The notes beneath the pieces were generated by a model, which saw nothing but the letters and a program-made list of their open reading frames with translations, was not told the origin of the DNA and made no database searches. DNA of 64,000 nucleotides from an uncultured virus (IMG/VR IMGVR_UViG_3300002140_000103) (taxonomy: Duplodnaviria > Heunggongvirae > Uroviricota > Caudoviricetes): the IMG/VR virus record IMGVR_UViG_3300002140_000103, one strand, 5' to 3'. Made by a program: the position numbers and the translations under genes. Below, piece by piece: positions 19,607-29,552 of this stretch (position 1 is its first letter; each line of letters starts with the position of its first letter).

Positions 19607-20436
19607 GATTGGTCAAACGTAATTGGAATATCCATTGTAGCTGGTGCACCGCGACTTTGTTCGTCTTCATCAAATGTAATTGTCATTGGTTTAATACTAA
19701 ACTTTTCTCTTTGTTTGTCAATGTGAGAAATTATTCCTGCATAAACAGTTTTGTCAATGTTGCTGAGAAATTCATCTATGTGCTTTGGATTATCAACTAC
19801 ATCTTCATCTTGAAACTGAATTGCTTTTACACTGTTTATTACTTGTTTGATATTTAAATCAGTAAGTCTACTAAATGCTTCGTTAAACTTTTGTAATTTA
19901 TCTAATTCAGACATAGTGTCGTCGTTGACAATTTTAAAAAGTCTTTGTTCTTCAAAGGACTTTAGTGCAACTTCGGTAAATTTCTTATAAGATATCGGTG
20001 CTACTTCAAATTTAAAATCATCTAAAATAATTAAATTGTCGTATGCAGCACTGGATAATCTATCTAACAAAATTCTTAAATCTAAAGAATAAGTTTTTTC
20101 TTCTTCTATTCCTGGAACATTAATACTCATATCCATATTTTCGCCATACGTAGCAATGCGTATTGCTATCAGTATAGCATCAATGTCAATACTCGGAACG
20201 TTCCAGGCATTTTTAATATTCGGAATACAACTTTGTATAACACTAACTGTACTCTGTCCGTTTAATAATGCATCTGGTGTTTTAATCATCAACTCGTCTT
20301 TTGCAGTCATTGCTAAAACAGGATACTCATTATTTTCAGATATTTCAATACTACCCTTGGGATAAAATTCACCGTTACTGGGTAATCTAATAAACAATTT
20401 AGGTTGTCTAAAGTGTTTTAGTAAAGGATTGTTCAT
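19591..20436 (-). CDS. gp26: Baseplate hub assembly chaperone, gp26-like
   Basis: LPSNG, MTAKDELMIK, IQSC, IDIDAILIAIRIATYGE; ends in NFFA. Confidence 0.75.
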   Translation of the reverse strand: MNNPLLKHFRQPKLFIRLPSNGEFYPKGSIEISENNEYPVLAMTAKDELMIKTPDALLNGQSTVSVIQSCIPNIKNAWNVPSIDIDAILIAIRIATYGENMDMSINVPGIEEEKTYSLDLRILLDRLSSAAYDNLIILDDFKFEVAPISYKKFTEVALKSFEEQRLFKIVNDDTMSELDKLQKFNEAFSRLTDLNIKQVINSVKAIQFQDEDVVDNPKHIDEFLSNIDKTVYAGIISHIDKQREKFSIKPMTITFDEDEQSRGAPATMDIPITFDQSNFFA

Positions 20437-20516
20437 CTATTATTTTCTCCGGATAAATATAGTATAAGTATATATCTGAAAAAAATTATATATGCATTTA
20501 ATTTGGAAGAAGTAAT

Positions 20517-22730
20517 TTGGCTGATCAAATAGAAATTAGTAATGTAGGCGGTGGCGGTGTAGCCAGCGAAGCTACACTATTATCGTTAGTAAACGCTGTT
20601 AGAAATTCTCGTGGCGCAGTTGCTGGCGTTGCAGGTGCTTCTAACGATCAAACAGCAATTCGATTACAACAAGCATATCAACGTTCTCAAAAAACACAAA
20701 CATCTCAAACAAAAGAATACAACACAGTTTTAAAATCTACAATTGACGGAGCAATGCGTGCCGGTAAAGCATATGCAGCTGGCGCAGATCGAATAAGTGA
20801 TTTTAGTAATGCAGTGTTTGGCGGTCAAAGTATAATTTCAAAATTTGTAGGATATATTGATAATAGTCTTGACAGTTTTAGATCATTAGCCAGCGTTGGC
20901 GCATCATTTAGCAATAATATGTTTGATTTTATGCTTGCAGGTGCCGATGCTTCTATGTCTTTAGATAGCTTTGTAGGATTTGTTAGAAGCAACAGTAGTG
21001 CATTAGCAAAACTTGGAGGTACAGTTTCTCAAGGTGCATCAAGTTTTGCCAATCTCAGTAGACAGTTTCGTTTAGGCATCGGAAGTACTTTCTTTGAAAT
21101 GGGAATGACTATAGAAGATGTTAACAGCGGATTGTTAGGATACATGGCCTTAGAAAATAGAAGAGGCAATAGTCTAAGATTAAATGACAAACAACAAATG
21201 TCAGCAGCACAAGATTATATTTTCCAACTAGATAAATTAACAAAACTAACTGGACTACAAAGAGAAGCACTAATAGACACTCAGATGGCATTACAAACTG
21301 ATGCAAAAGTTAGAGGACAAATTACAAGACTTGAGCAATCAGGAAACGGCGCTCGTGCTAGAGAATTAGAAGCAATATATACACTTCAAAAAACAACACT
21401 GCCCGGCTTCCATGATGCATTGCTAGATTTATCAGATGGCGTAGCACAAAGTCCGATAGGTCAAGCATTAAGAAATGCAATTCCGGGCATTGACGACTTT
21501 GCAGTATCAGTGGCAAATGGAAACGTAAGTCAAGACGAATATGTTCGTCAGATGCAAAAGTATGGACCTCAGCTTGTTAACTATGCTAATAATCTTGACG
21601 GTGCAACACTCGATGCGTATAGAGCTGCTGGCGGATTTTATGCAGAAATAGCAAACTTAGCAGATAATGCATATCAATTCAGTGAGATAATGCAATTAAA
21701 CACAGAAGCTGCTAAAGAACAACAAAAAGATAGAGATAGTTTTACTTCAACTATTGGAAAGTTTCAACAAGCAATACAAGAATCTCGAGCTGCATTATTT
21801 CGTTTATTTGTTAGAAGCCCGTTTGCAGAAGCAATAAAAGAGTTAGGTGTACAAATTTTAAAACTAATAAAACCAGTAAAAAACGGAAGTAGTATATTTG
21901 AATCTTTTTTTGAAAAACTAATGGGAAAAAACGGAACCCTTACCAAAGGCGTTAAATCTTTAACTAAGTTTCTTGATCCAGAAAACCCAGACGGGATAGA
22001 ATCAGCGTTAGATTCGTTTAACGAATCTTTAAAAGATATTACAGAATTTATTAAAAAGTTTTTAAGTGATGTTAAAACTGACGGCTTCTTTGCTGCTATT
22101 ACTAATTCATTTAATAGATTATTTGGCGAAGATGATCCTAATGGCGATCCTAACCGTCCACCAACAGGAAGTCAACCTGGGTTCTTGGAAAACATGTTTT
22201 CTAAATTAGAACAAACAATAACAACCACACTAGTAAGTGCATATGATACTATTATAGAAAAATTTAAAACAGTATTTGATGACATTATAAAAAGGGCGTT
22301 AGCTCATGTTGTTATTACATTTGGTTCGCTGAAAAATCCATTAAATTCAAAACCATTAGGTATAGTTACTCCGGAACAAATAGCCGCAGCAGAAGCATTA
22401 TTAGAAAATTCCTTTGCTAATGGCTCTGGAGGCTTTAAAGAGTTTGGCGCAGGAACTCCGGCAATATTACACGGTAACGAAGCTGTTGTTCCTAGAAACT
22501 CGTCAGCAGGTCAAATGTTAGCAAGTTCTGGATTGAGCAGTACACCAGGCACAGCTAGTGGTACATACAACAATACTGCCAGCTCTGGTATATTAGATGG
22601 CTTAAATAGGTTAAATACTACAATGCGTAGTGTTGAGTCATTATTACAACAAGGTAATACTATACAAAAAAGAACACAACGCAATACTGCAGGATTAGGA
22701 AATGATATGTTTGTAGGAGTGCCGACATGA
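20517..22730 (+). CDS. Tail tape-measure protein (TTG start)
   Basis: 737 aa, Ala/Gln-rich helical; LDKLTKLTGLQREAL; C-terminal FANGSGG...G.PAILHGNEAVVP; late promoter GATAAATA at 20452-20459; divergent from gp26. Confidence 0.7.
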   Translation: MADQIEISNVGGGGVASEATLLSLVNAVRNSRGAVAGVAGASNDQTAIRLQQAYQRSQKTQTSQTKEYNTVLKSTIDGAMRAGKAYAAGADRISDFSNAVFGGQSIISKFVGYIDNSLDSFRSLASVGASFSNNMFDFMLAGADASMSLDSFVGFVRSNSSALAKLGGTVSQGASSFANLSRQFRLGIGSTFFEMGMTIEDVNSGLLGYMALENRRGNSLRLNDKQQMSAAQDYIFQLDKLTKLTGLQREALIDTQMALQTDAKVRGQITRLEQSGNGARARELEAIYTLQKTTLPGFHDALLDLSDGVAQSPIGQALRNAIPGIDDFAVSVANGNVSQDEYVRQMQKYGPQLVNYANNLDGATLDAYRAAGGFYAEIANLADNAYQFSEIMQLNTEAAKEQQKDRDSFTSTIGKFQQAIQESRAALFRLFVRSPFAEAIKELGVQILKLIKPVKNGSSIFESFFEKLMGKNGTLTKGVKSLTKFLDPENPDGIESALDSFNESLKDITEFIKKFLSDVKTDGFFAAITNSFNRLFGEDDPNGDPNRPPTGSQPGFLENMFSKLEQTITTTLVSAYDTIIEKFKTVFDDIIKRALAHVVITFGSLKNPLNSKPLGIVTPEQIAAAEALLENSFANGSGGFKEFGAGTPAILHGNEAVVPRNSSAGQMLASSGLSSTPGTASGTYNNTASSGILDGLNRLNTTMRSVESLLQQGNTIQKRTQRNTAGLGNDMFVGVPT

Positions 22731-24436
22731 GTTGGAAAAAATACTTTACCCCAGTACCTACTAGTATGAATAATTCTGGAAGTTATAGCCCGTTTAGTTT
22801 TAAAGGTGGCACAGGTGTTGGTCCTGCTGCTGCAAATTATAGTTCACATCTTCCTGACGTATATCTAGGATCGCCAAATCGTGTTGAACGTTATGGCCAA
22901 TACAACACTATGGATAACGACAGTGAAGTTAATGCTGCCCTTGATATTCTAGCAGAATTTTGCAGTCAAAAAAATAAAGAAAACAATACTCCGTTTCGTA
23001 TACAATTTAATACCAATGCAACAAACAGTGAAATTCAAATACTTGGACAATACTTAAAACAATGGGTTAAAATACAAGAATTTGAAAAAAGAATATTTAA
23101 AATTATTAGAAACGTCTTTAAGTATGGCGATCAGTTTTTTATTAGAGATCCAGAAACTAAAAAATGGTTTCATGTTGATCCTGCAAACTTATCAAAAATT
23201 ATTGTTAACGAGAGTGAAGGCAAACGTCCTGAGCAATATATAGTTAAAGATCTTAATATTGCATTTGAAACATTAAGTGCAACAAAAATTAACACAACAC
23301 ATGCATACGGCCCTGGCGGCGGCTTACCTGGTTATGAAACTATTGACCAAAAATATATGACAGGTCGTACGCCAGATGCTAGTACAGGTAGATTTGGCAA
23401 CAATACAAACGAAACTGCTATTGATGCCGAACATGTTGTACATTTAAGTTTAAACGAAGGATTAGACAACAATTTTCCGTTTGGAAATAGTCTACTAGAA
23501 ACTGTATTCAAAGTTTACAAGCAAAAAGAATTACTCGAAGATGCTATTATCATCTATCGAGTACAACGTGCGCCAGAACGCAGAGTGTTTTATGTTGATG
23601 TAGGTAACATGCCAAGTCACCTTGCTATGCAATTTGTTGAACGTGTTAAAACTGAAATACACCAAAGACGTATTCCAAGTAAAACCGGTGGCGGCACTAA
23701 CGTAATTGATAGTACATATAATCCATTGAGTATTAACGAAGATTACTTCTTTCCGCAAACCGCAGAAGGGCGTGGATCAAAAGTTGAAACACTACCAGGC
23801 GGCACTAACTTAGGAGAGATTGATGACTTACGATACTTTACTAATAAGTTACTACGCGGCTTACGTATCCCAAGTTCGTACTTACCAACTGGAGCAGATG
23901 ATTCATCTTCACAATATAATGACGGACGTGTGGGCACAGCATACATTCAAGAATTACGATTCAACAACTATTGCGAACGTTTGCAAAGTTTAATTACTGA
24001 AGTATTTAATAGTGAATTTAAATTATATCTAAGCAACAAAGGTGTAAACATCGACGTATCAATGTTTGATCTAAAATTACAACCTCCACAAAACTTTGCA
24101 AGCTATCGTCAAGCAGAACTTGATAGTAATAGAATTGCTACATTTACACAAATGCAACAAGTTCCGTTTATGTCAAACAGATTTGCATTGAGTCGTTTCT
24201 TAGGACTAAGCAAAGAAGAAATTGCAGAAAACGAAAGACTATGGCGTGAAGAAAATGATGAGAATTTTGCAGTTGATGGTCAAAATGCAGATGCTAGTAT
24301 GAGAGATGCTGGTATTACAGGAGCAGATATAAGTGCAGATTTAGGAGCAGCCGAAGGTGATTTAGCACCTGAGGATATGGAAGCACCTGCCGAAGGAGAC
24401 GTAACCGCTCCTGAAGAAACAGCGCCGGGAGTATAA
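22727..24436 (+). CDS. gp20: Portal vertex protein
   Basis: LLEDAIIIYRVQRAPERRVFYVDVGNMP, EDYFFP..GRGSKVETLPGG.NLGEIDDLRYF..KL..GLRIPSSYL. Confidence 0.96.
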   Translation: MSWKKYFTPVPTSMNNSGSYSPFSFKGGTGVGPAAANYSSHLPDVYLGSPNRVERYGQYNTMDNDSEVNAALDILAEFCSQKNKENNTPFRIQFNTNATNSEIQILGQYLKQWVKIQEFEKRIFKIIRNVFKYGDQFFIRDPETKKWFHVDPANLSKIIVNESEGKRPEQYIVKDLNIAFETLSATKINTTHAYGPGGGLPGYETIDQKYMTGRTPDASTGRFGNNTNETAIDAEHVVHLSLNEGLDNNFPFGNSLLETVFKVYKQKELLEDAIIIYRVQRAPERRVFYVDVGNMPSHLAMQFVERVKTEIHQRRIPSKTGGGTNVIDSTYNPLSINEDYFFPQTAEGRGSKVETLPGGTNLGEIDDLRYFTNKLLRGLRIPSSYLPTGADDSSSQYNDGRVGTAYIQELRFNNYCERLQSLITEVFNSEFKLYLSNKGVNIDVSMFDLKLQPPQNFASYRQAELDSNRIATFTQMQQVPFMSNRFALSRFLGLSKEEIAENERLWREENDENFAVDGQNADASMRDAGITGADISADLGAAEGDLAPEDMEAPAEGDVTAPEETAPGV

Positions 24437-24444
24437 ATATTACT

Positions 24445-24687
24445 ATGATAATAAGAGAATTATATTATTTTGACAAAGACACAATGGAACCAGTTGAGGA
24501 CAACAGGTATGAAGCGTCTGATGACGATAGCATTGTAAGTATCACTGACACAAGAAAAACTAGACTAACATTAAAAGATATTAATAAAGCTAGACGTGCA
24601 GACGATATACATAGAAAAGAAAAAAGCAAAGACTTAATACAAGTTCGTTCAATGTACGGATTAGCTGCACAAGAACCAATGGCATAA
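24445..24687 (+). CDS. Small hypothetical head-region protein
   Basis: 80 aa directly after the portal; TATAAATA at 24432-24439. Confidence 0.65.
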   Translation: MIIRELYYFDKDTMEPVEDNRYEASDDDSIVSITDTRKTRLTLKDINKARRADDIHRKEKSKDLIQVRSMYGLAAQEPMA

Positions 24688-24697
24688 AGAGGTAAGG

Positions 24698-25453
24698 TTG
24701 TCTAAAACATACATTGCTGGCGAAACAAAAGAACAAAGAAAAATACGAAAACGCCAAGAAAAAGGGTTACCGACTAATATTATTACTAAACCAGTTACTA
24801 CTCCTGCAGTTGTAACTAAAACTCTTACTGTCTTTGATAATAACAATAAAGAAACAGTAAAAGATATTTCATTTGTTTTAGGGAACGGTGTTAGTAGAGC
24901 TTCTATACCGCCAGCACATTTAAAAACACATGGAAAAGTATACGGATGCAATGCATTATACAGATCTTTTAAACCTGATTACTTAATTGCAGTTGATACA
25001 AAAATGATAAGAGAGATAACCACAGCGGGATATCATCGAGATAATCAAGTATGGACTAACCCTAATAAATTTTCAAGAGAGATATCCGGATTGAATTTAT
25101 TTCAACCTAACTTAGGATGGAGTAGTGGACCTAGTGCATTAAATTTAGCAAGTATGCATTCTTATAATACAATTTACATATTAGGATTTGATTATACGGG
25201 TATTGGAAGAAAACAGGAATTAGTTAATAATTTATATTCAGGTACGTTAAATTACAAAAAAGAAAATGAAAGATCTACGTATTTTGGAAATTGGAGTAGA
25301 CAAACAAGCATTTGTATAAAGAAGTTTCCTAAGATAAAGTATATTCGTTTAGTAGAAAACATAAATAGTTTTATACCAGAACACTTAATCGGAATTGAGA
25401 ATTTAACACACATAACACTTGAAAATTTTAAGAAAAGATTCAACCTTGAGTAA
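24698..25453 (+). CDS. Maf/MptE-like or sialyltransferase-like protein (putative glycosyltransferase)
   Basis: VLGNGVSR, VYGCNALY, PDYLIAVD, WSSGPSAL, IYILGFD motifs. Confidence 0.55.
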   Translation: MSKTYIAGETKEQRKIRKRQEKGLPTNIITKPVTTPAVVTKTLTVFDNNNKETVKDISFVLGNGVSRASIPPAHLKTHGKVYGCNALYRSFKPDYLIAVDTKMIREITTAGYHRDNQVWTNPNKFSREISGLNLFQPNLGWSSGPSALNLASMHSYNTIYILGFDYTGIGRKQELVNNLYSGTLNYKKENERSTYFGNWSRQTSICIKKFPKIKYIRLVENINSFIPEHLIGIENLTHITLENFKKRFNLE

Positions 25454-25463
25454 TAAAATTACA

Positions 25464-25487
25464 AAATAGGCTCGTTTGAGCCTATTT
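25464..25487 (+). terminator. Hairpin, probable terminator
   Basis: aaataggctc-gttt-gagcctattt, 10-bp stem just after the stop at 25453. Confidence 0.6.
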
Positions 25488-25554
25488 CTACGCACTTTTA
25501 TAAATAAAGTGTAAATATACTAGACAGCCTTACTAACACATATAGGAGATAGAC

Positions 25555-26463
25555 ATGACTGATCGTAACAAGTTTGAAGAAATGCTTGAGCGTCTTGTAA
25601 ATGAAGACCGTGCAGGTGCAGAAGAATTATTCCACGAGATTGTAGTAGAAAAATCACGTGAGATTTATCAAAACATTATTGAGTCTGAAGACCAAGAAGA
25701 AGATGACGAAGAAGTAGAAGAGTCAGCAGACGAAGAGTCAGCAGACGAAGATCTTGATGAATCATCAGAAGAAGATGATTTAGATGAATCAGAAGAAGAT
25801 GAACTAGACGAAATGTTTGGTTTAGATGAATTTGAAGTAGAAGCAGATCCAATGATGGGTGGCGATGAAACTGACGACATGATAGGCGATGTTGAAATGC
25901 CTGCTATGGACGGCGAAGATGGCGGCGAAGGCGATGTTGAAGATCGTGTAGCTGATCTAGAAGATGCATTAGACTCGTTAAAAGCAGAATTTGAAGCACT
26001 AATGGCCGACGAAGCTGGCGAAGAAGATCACAGCGACATGGACATGGACGACGAAGACAGCGAAGAAGCTGATGACGAAGAAGCTGATGACGAAGAAGCT
26101 GAAGAATCATTTGTTCCACAGTTTGAAAACAAAAGTAAACAATCTTCAACTGAGCAAATGCGTGAATATGTTGAAAAAGTAACAGCAAAAATGGGCGACA
26201 ACGGTGCAAGCACAACGTCAACTGTAGCTAAACCAAACAACATGGGCGGAACATCTGCTAACATCGCAAAAGGCGGAACAGCAGATACCAAAGGAACAGC
26301 TGGTGGCTTAGCAAGTAATAAACCACAAGTAATGAATACCAAGAACGTAAACGTTGTTGGTGCTAAGGGCGCGACAAAAATGTCAAGCCAACCTGGTCAC
26401 GGCGCTGAGAAAAAGGGCAAACCAGAGACTGCTGCTAATACTAAAAGTATTGTCGGCAAATAA
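25555..26463 (+). CDS. Highly acidic prohead core/scaffold-like protein
   Basis: Asp/Glu-rich with short coiled coil; upstream of the prohead protease; SD AGGAG; TATAAATA 25499-25506 and GTAAATA 25511-25517. Confidence 0.6.
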   Translation: MTDRNKFEEMLERLVNEDRAGAEELFHEIVVEKSREIYQNIIESEDQEEDDEEVEESADEESADEDLDESSEEDDLDESEEDELDEMFGLDEFEVEADPMMGGDETDDMIGDVEMPAMDGEDGGEGDVEDRVADLEDALDSLKAEFEALMADEAGEEDHSDMDMDDEDSEEADDEEADDEEAEESFVPQFENKSKQSSTEQMREYVEKVTAKMGDNGASTTSTVAKPNNMGGTSANIAKGGTADTKGTAGGLASNKPQVMNTKNVNVVGAKGATKMSSQPGHGAEKKGKPETAANTKSIVGK

Positions 26464-26477
26464 TTAAGGACAAGCGG

Positions 26478-27101
26478 ATGTATGCACTACGCGAAAATTT
26501 GAGTTTCGACCAGGCTAGGATAGTCGTTGAGTCTGCTGATGAAGGCAAAAACCTTTACATGAAGGGTATTTGCATTCAAGGCGGAGTACGCAACGCTAAC
26601 CAGCGTGTTTATCCCGTAAATGAGATTGGCAGGGCTGTCACCACACTTAACGACCAGATAGCCGGCGGGTACTCAGTGCTTGGCGAAGTGGATCATCCAG
26701 AAGGCCTTAATATTAATCTTGACCGTGTAAGCCATATGATTACAGAAATGTGGATGGAAGGACCAAACGGTTATGGTAAACTAAAAATACTACCAACACC
26801 GATGGGACAACTAGTTAAAACAATGCTGGAAAGCGGAGTTAAACTAGGAGTCTCATCGCGTGGTAGCGGCAATGTCAAAGATGATGGCAGTGGCGAAGTA
26901 AGCGAATTTGAGATAATCACTGTAGACGTAGTTGCACAACCAAGTGCGCCCGGCGCTTATCCTACACCAATTTACGAACACCTAATGAATGAAAAAGGTG
27001 GATACAAGGCATTTCTCACATCAAGAGAAGTTACAGGCGACAAAAAGGCACAGAAATATATTGCAGAGAGCTTATTAACCATAATAAGCAGGCTCCAATA
27101 A
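26478..27101 (+). CDS. gp21: Prohead protease
   Basis: NANQRVYP, LGEVDHP, LDRVSH, TPMG, LGVSSRGSG, DVVAQPSAPGA. Confidence 0.95.
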   Translation: MYALRENLSFDQARIVVESADEGKNLYMKGICIQGGVRNANQRVYPVNEIGRAVTTLNDQIAGGYSVLGEVDHPEGLNINLDRVSHMITEMWMEGPNGYGKLKILPTPMGQLVKTMLESGVKLGVSSRGSGNVKDDGSGEVSEFEIITVDVVAQPSAPGAYPTPIYEHLMNEKGGYKAFLTSREVTGDKKAQKYIAESLLTIISRLQ

Positions 27102-27113
27102 AAGGAGAAAATA

Positions 27114-28202
27114 ATGGAAGCACTAAGAGCCCTTTTAGAGAGTGATGCAGTTTCAGAAGCAATGAAAACTGAAATACAAGAAGCATGGGATGTAAGAGTT
27201 AAAGAAAATAAACTTGCTGTAACATCCGAGCTTCGTGAAGAGTTTGCTAAAAAATACGAACACGACAAAGGTGTTATGATTGAAGCAATTGATGCGATGA
27301 TTGGCGATAAACTTGCTGAAGAAATGGCAGAATTTCACGAAGACCGTAAGCAACTTGCGGAAGCAAAAGCAAAATATGCAATAGCTATGAAAGAAAATTC
27401 AAATCTATTAAAAAGATTTGTAAGTGAATCATTAGTTAAAGAAGTTTCAGAACTACACGAGGATCAAAAAATGATGGCAACCAAGTTTGGTGTGCTTGAA
27501 GATTTTGTTGTAGAACAACTTGCTAAAGAACTTGCAGAGTTCCAAGAAGATAAAAAAGATCTAGCCGAAACAAAAGTACGTCTAGTACGTGAAGCTAAAT
27601 CACACTTCGCTAAAGTTAAACAAAACTTTATCGAAAGAAGTGCAAAAGCAGTATCCGAAACAGTTGCGAAAGGTCTACGCTCAGAGATTTCACAACTTAA
27701 AGAAGATATTGACACAGCACGTAGTAACGACTTTGGTAGAAAGATTTTTGAAGCATTTGCAGGTGAGTATTTAAATAGTCATCTAAATGAAAAATCAGAA
27801 ACCAATAAACTATTAAAAGTTTTAGAAACAAAAGATAAGCAACTACAAGAAGCTAAATCTATTGTAATTAAAGCAAGAACTATTGTTGAATCAAAAGACG
27901 CACAAGTTAAGAGTTTAGTAGAATCACAAGAACGTTCAAAAGTAATGAACGAGTTGACTGCGCCGTTAAGCAAAGATCAACGCGAAATTATGACAGACTT
28001 ACTGGAATCAGTTCAAACTAATAGACTACGTCTATCGTTTGAAAAATACCTACCAGCAGTTATTGATGGTAATTCTCCAGCGAAGCAGAAGGCAATTTTA
28101 TCAGAAGGCAAAGAAATCACAGGCAATAGAGAAACTAGTTCGAATTTAAAAGCAGATGACAGTAATGTATTAGACATCCGTCGTTTAGCTGGATTGAAAT
28201 AA
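27114..28202 (+). CDS. gp22: Prohead core scaffolding protein
   Basis: Long Glu/Lys coiled coil between protease and major capsid genes. Confidence 0.8.
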   Translation: MEALRALLESDAVSEAMKTEIQEAWDVRVKENKLAVTSELREEFAKKYEHDKGVMIEAIDAMIGDKLAEEMAEFHEDRKQLAEAKAKYAIAMKENSNLLKRFVSESLVKEVSELHEDQKMMATKFGVLEDFVVEQLAKELAEFQEDKKDLAETKVRLVREAKSHFAKVKQNFIERSAKAVSETVAKGLRSEISQLKEDIDTARSNDFGRKIFEAFAGEYLNSHLNEKSETNKLLKVLETKDKQLQEAKSIVIKARTIVESKDAQVKSLVESQERSKVMNELTAPLSKDQREIMTDLLESVQTNRLRLSFEKYLPAVIDGNSPAKQKAILSEGKEITGNRETSSNLKADDSNVLDIRRLAGLK

Positions 28203-28212
28203 GGAGATAAAA

Positions 28213-29385
28213 ATGTCAGAACTACTAGAAAGTCGCTGGCAGGAGACAAAAAGCGCCCTACTTGAAGGCCTAACAGGCAACAAAAAAGCTGTTATGGCAA
28301 CTACTCTTGAAAATACACGCAAGTATCTTTCAGAGAGTGCAACAGCTGGCGCTACTTCTGCAGGTAATATCGCAACTCTAAACAGAGTTATTCTACCGGT
28401 TATCCGCCGTGTTATGCCAACTGTTATTGCTAACGAGTTGGTTGGTGTACAACCAATGACTGGCCCAGTCGGTCAAATCCACACTCTACGTGTACGTTAC
28501 TCTGATACATTCACTGGTGGTGCAGGTGGTAGTACAACAGCAGGCGAAGAAGCACTAAGCCCATTCAAAATTGCTGAAGGATACTCAGGTGTAACTCCAG
28601 GTAAGCCAGCTAGTACTGCGGCACTCGAAGGCGCAGCTGGAAACAGACTAAGTATCCAAATCTTGAAGCAAACTGTTGAAGCAAAATCACGCAAGCTATC
28701 AGCTCGCTGGACTTTTGAATCAGCACAAGATGCTCAAGCAATGCACGGTATTGATGTCGAAGCAGAAATCATGGCAGCTCTTGCACAAGAGATTACTGCT
28801 GAGATTGACCAAGAAGTTATCCGTAGTTTGACTTCACTAGCAGGAACTGCTATTGAAACATACAATCAAGCTGCTGTTTCTGGTACTGCTACTTTCGTTG
28901 GTGACGAACATGCTGCACTAGCAGTTCAAATCAACAGAACTTCAAACGTAATTGCACAACGTACTCGTCGTGGCGCTGGTAACTGGGCTGTTGTTTCACC
29001 AACTGTTCTAACACTTCTACAATCAGCAACTACAAGTGCATTTGCACGTACAACTGAAGGTACTTTTGAAGCACCAACTAACACTAAAATGGTTGGTACA
29101 CTAAACAGTGCAATGAAAATATATGTAAACACATATGCAAGTAGCGACGATGTAATCGTTGGTTACAAAGGTACTAGCGAATCAGACGCAGCAGCATTCT
29201 ATTGCCCATACATCCCATTGATGTCAAGCGGTGTTGTTCTTGATCCGTCAACGTTTGAACCAGTAGTTAGCTTCATGACACGTTATGGTTATGTAGAACT
29301 AACTAACGCTGCAAGTTCGCTTGGTAACGCAGCTGACTACCTAGGTCTAGTTTCCGTAACTACTGCTAACCTAAGCTTCAGCTAA
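28213..29385 (+). CDS. gp23: Major capsid protein
   Basis: GVQPMTGPVGQIHTLR, VEAKSRKLSARWTFE.AQD..AMHGID.EAE, GYKG....DAAAFYCPYIPL, FMTRYG. Confidence 0.97.
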   Translation: MSELLESRWQETKSALLEGLTGNKKAVMATTLENTRKYLSESATAGATSAGNIATLNRVILPVIRRVMPTVIANELVGVQPMTGPVGQIHTLRVRYSDTFTGGAGGSTTAGEEALSPFKIAEGYSGVTPGKPASTAALEGAAGNRLSIQILKQTVEAKSRKLSARWTFESAQDAQAMHGIDVEAEIMAALAQEITAEIDQEVIRSLTSLAGTAIETYNQAAVSGTATFVGDEHAALAVQINRTSNVIAQRTRRGAGNWAVVSPTVLTLLQSATTSAFARTTEGTFEAPTNTKMVGTLNSAMKIYVNTYASSDDVIVGYKGTSESDAAAFYCPYIPLMSSGVVLDPSTFEPVVSFMTRYGYVELTNAASSLGNAADYLGLVSVTTANLSFS

Positions 29386-29408
29386 TAGCTGAAATTATAC
29401 TAAACATT

Positions 29409-29433
29409 AAAGGCCCTTCGGGGCCTTTTTTTT
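29409..29433 (+). terminator. Rho-independent terminator after gp23
   Basis: aaaggccc-ttcg-gggcc followed by T8; C(UUCG)G tetraloop. Confidence 0.92.
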
Positions 29434-29481
29434 ATGGACATAATAACCCAATTTTACAAAAAGGATAAATACTATTGTCAA

Positions 29482-29536
29482 AGGTGTGCTGCAGAGCAGA
29501 CTTATGCGGAAACCCGCCGCGTAGACCTAGAACGTC
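29482..29536 (+). ncRNA. Putative structured 5' leader RNA (three-way junction)
   Basis: GC-rich stems between late promoter GATAAATA (29464-29471) and SD AAGGAG (29541-29546); see findings. Confidence 0.55.
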
Positions 29537-29552
29537 ATTTAAGGAGAAAACA

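Noticed and set aside
19398..19622. 74-aa + strand ORF from the track
   Set aside because: Antisense to the gp51-like ORF and frameshift stem, which explain the region better.
25680..26110. Short tandem repeats in the acidic protein (gaagagtcagcagac, gaagaagctgatgac)
   Set aside because: Explained by low-complexity Asp/Glu coding.
29475..29552. N-terminal extension MSKVCCRADLCGNPPRR of the post-capsid gene
   Set aside because: No SD, atypical composition and overlaps the structured leader; ATG 29553 has a strong SD.
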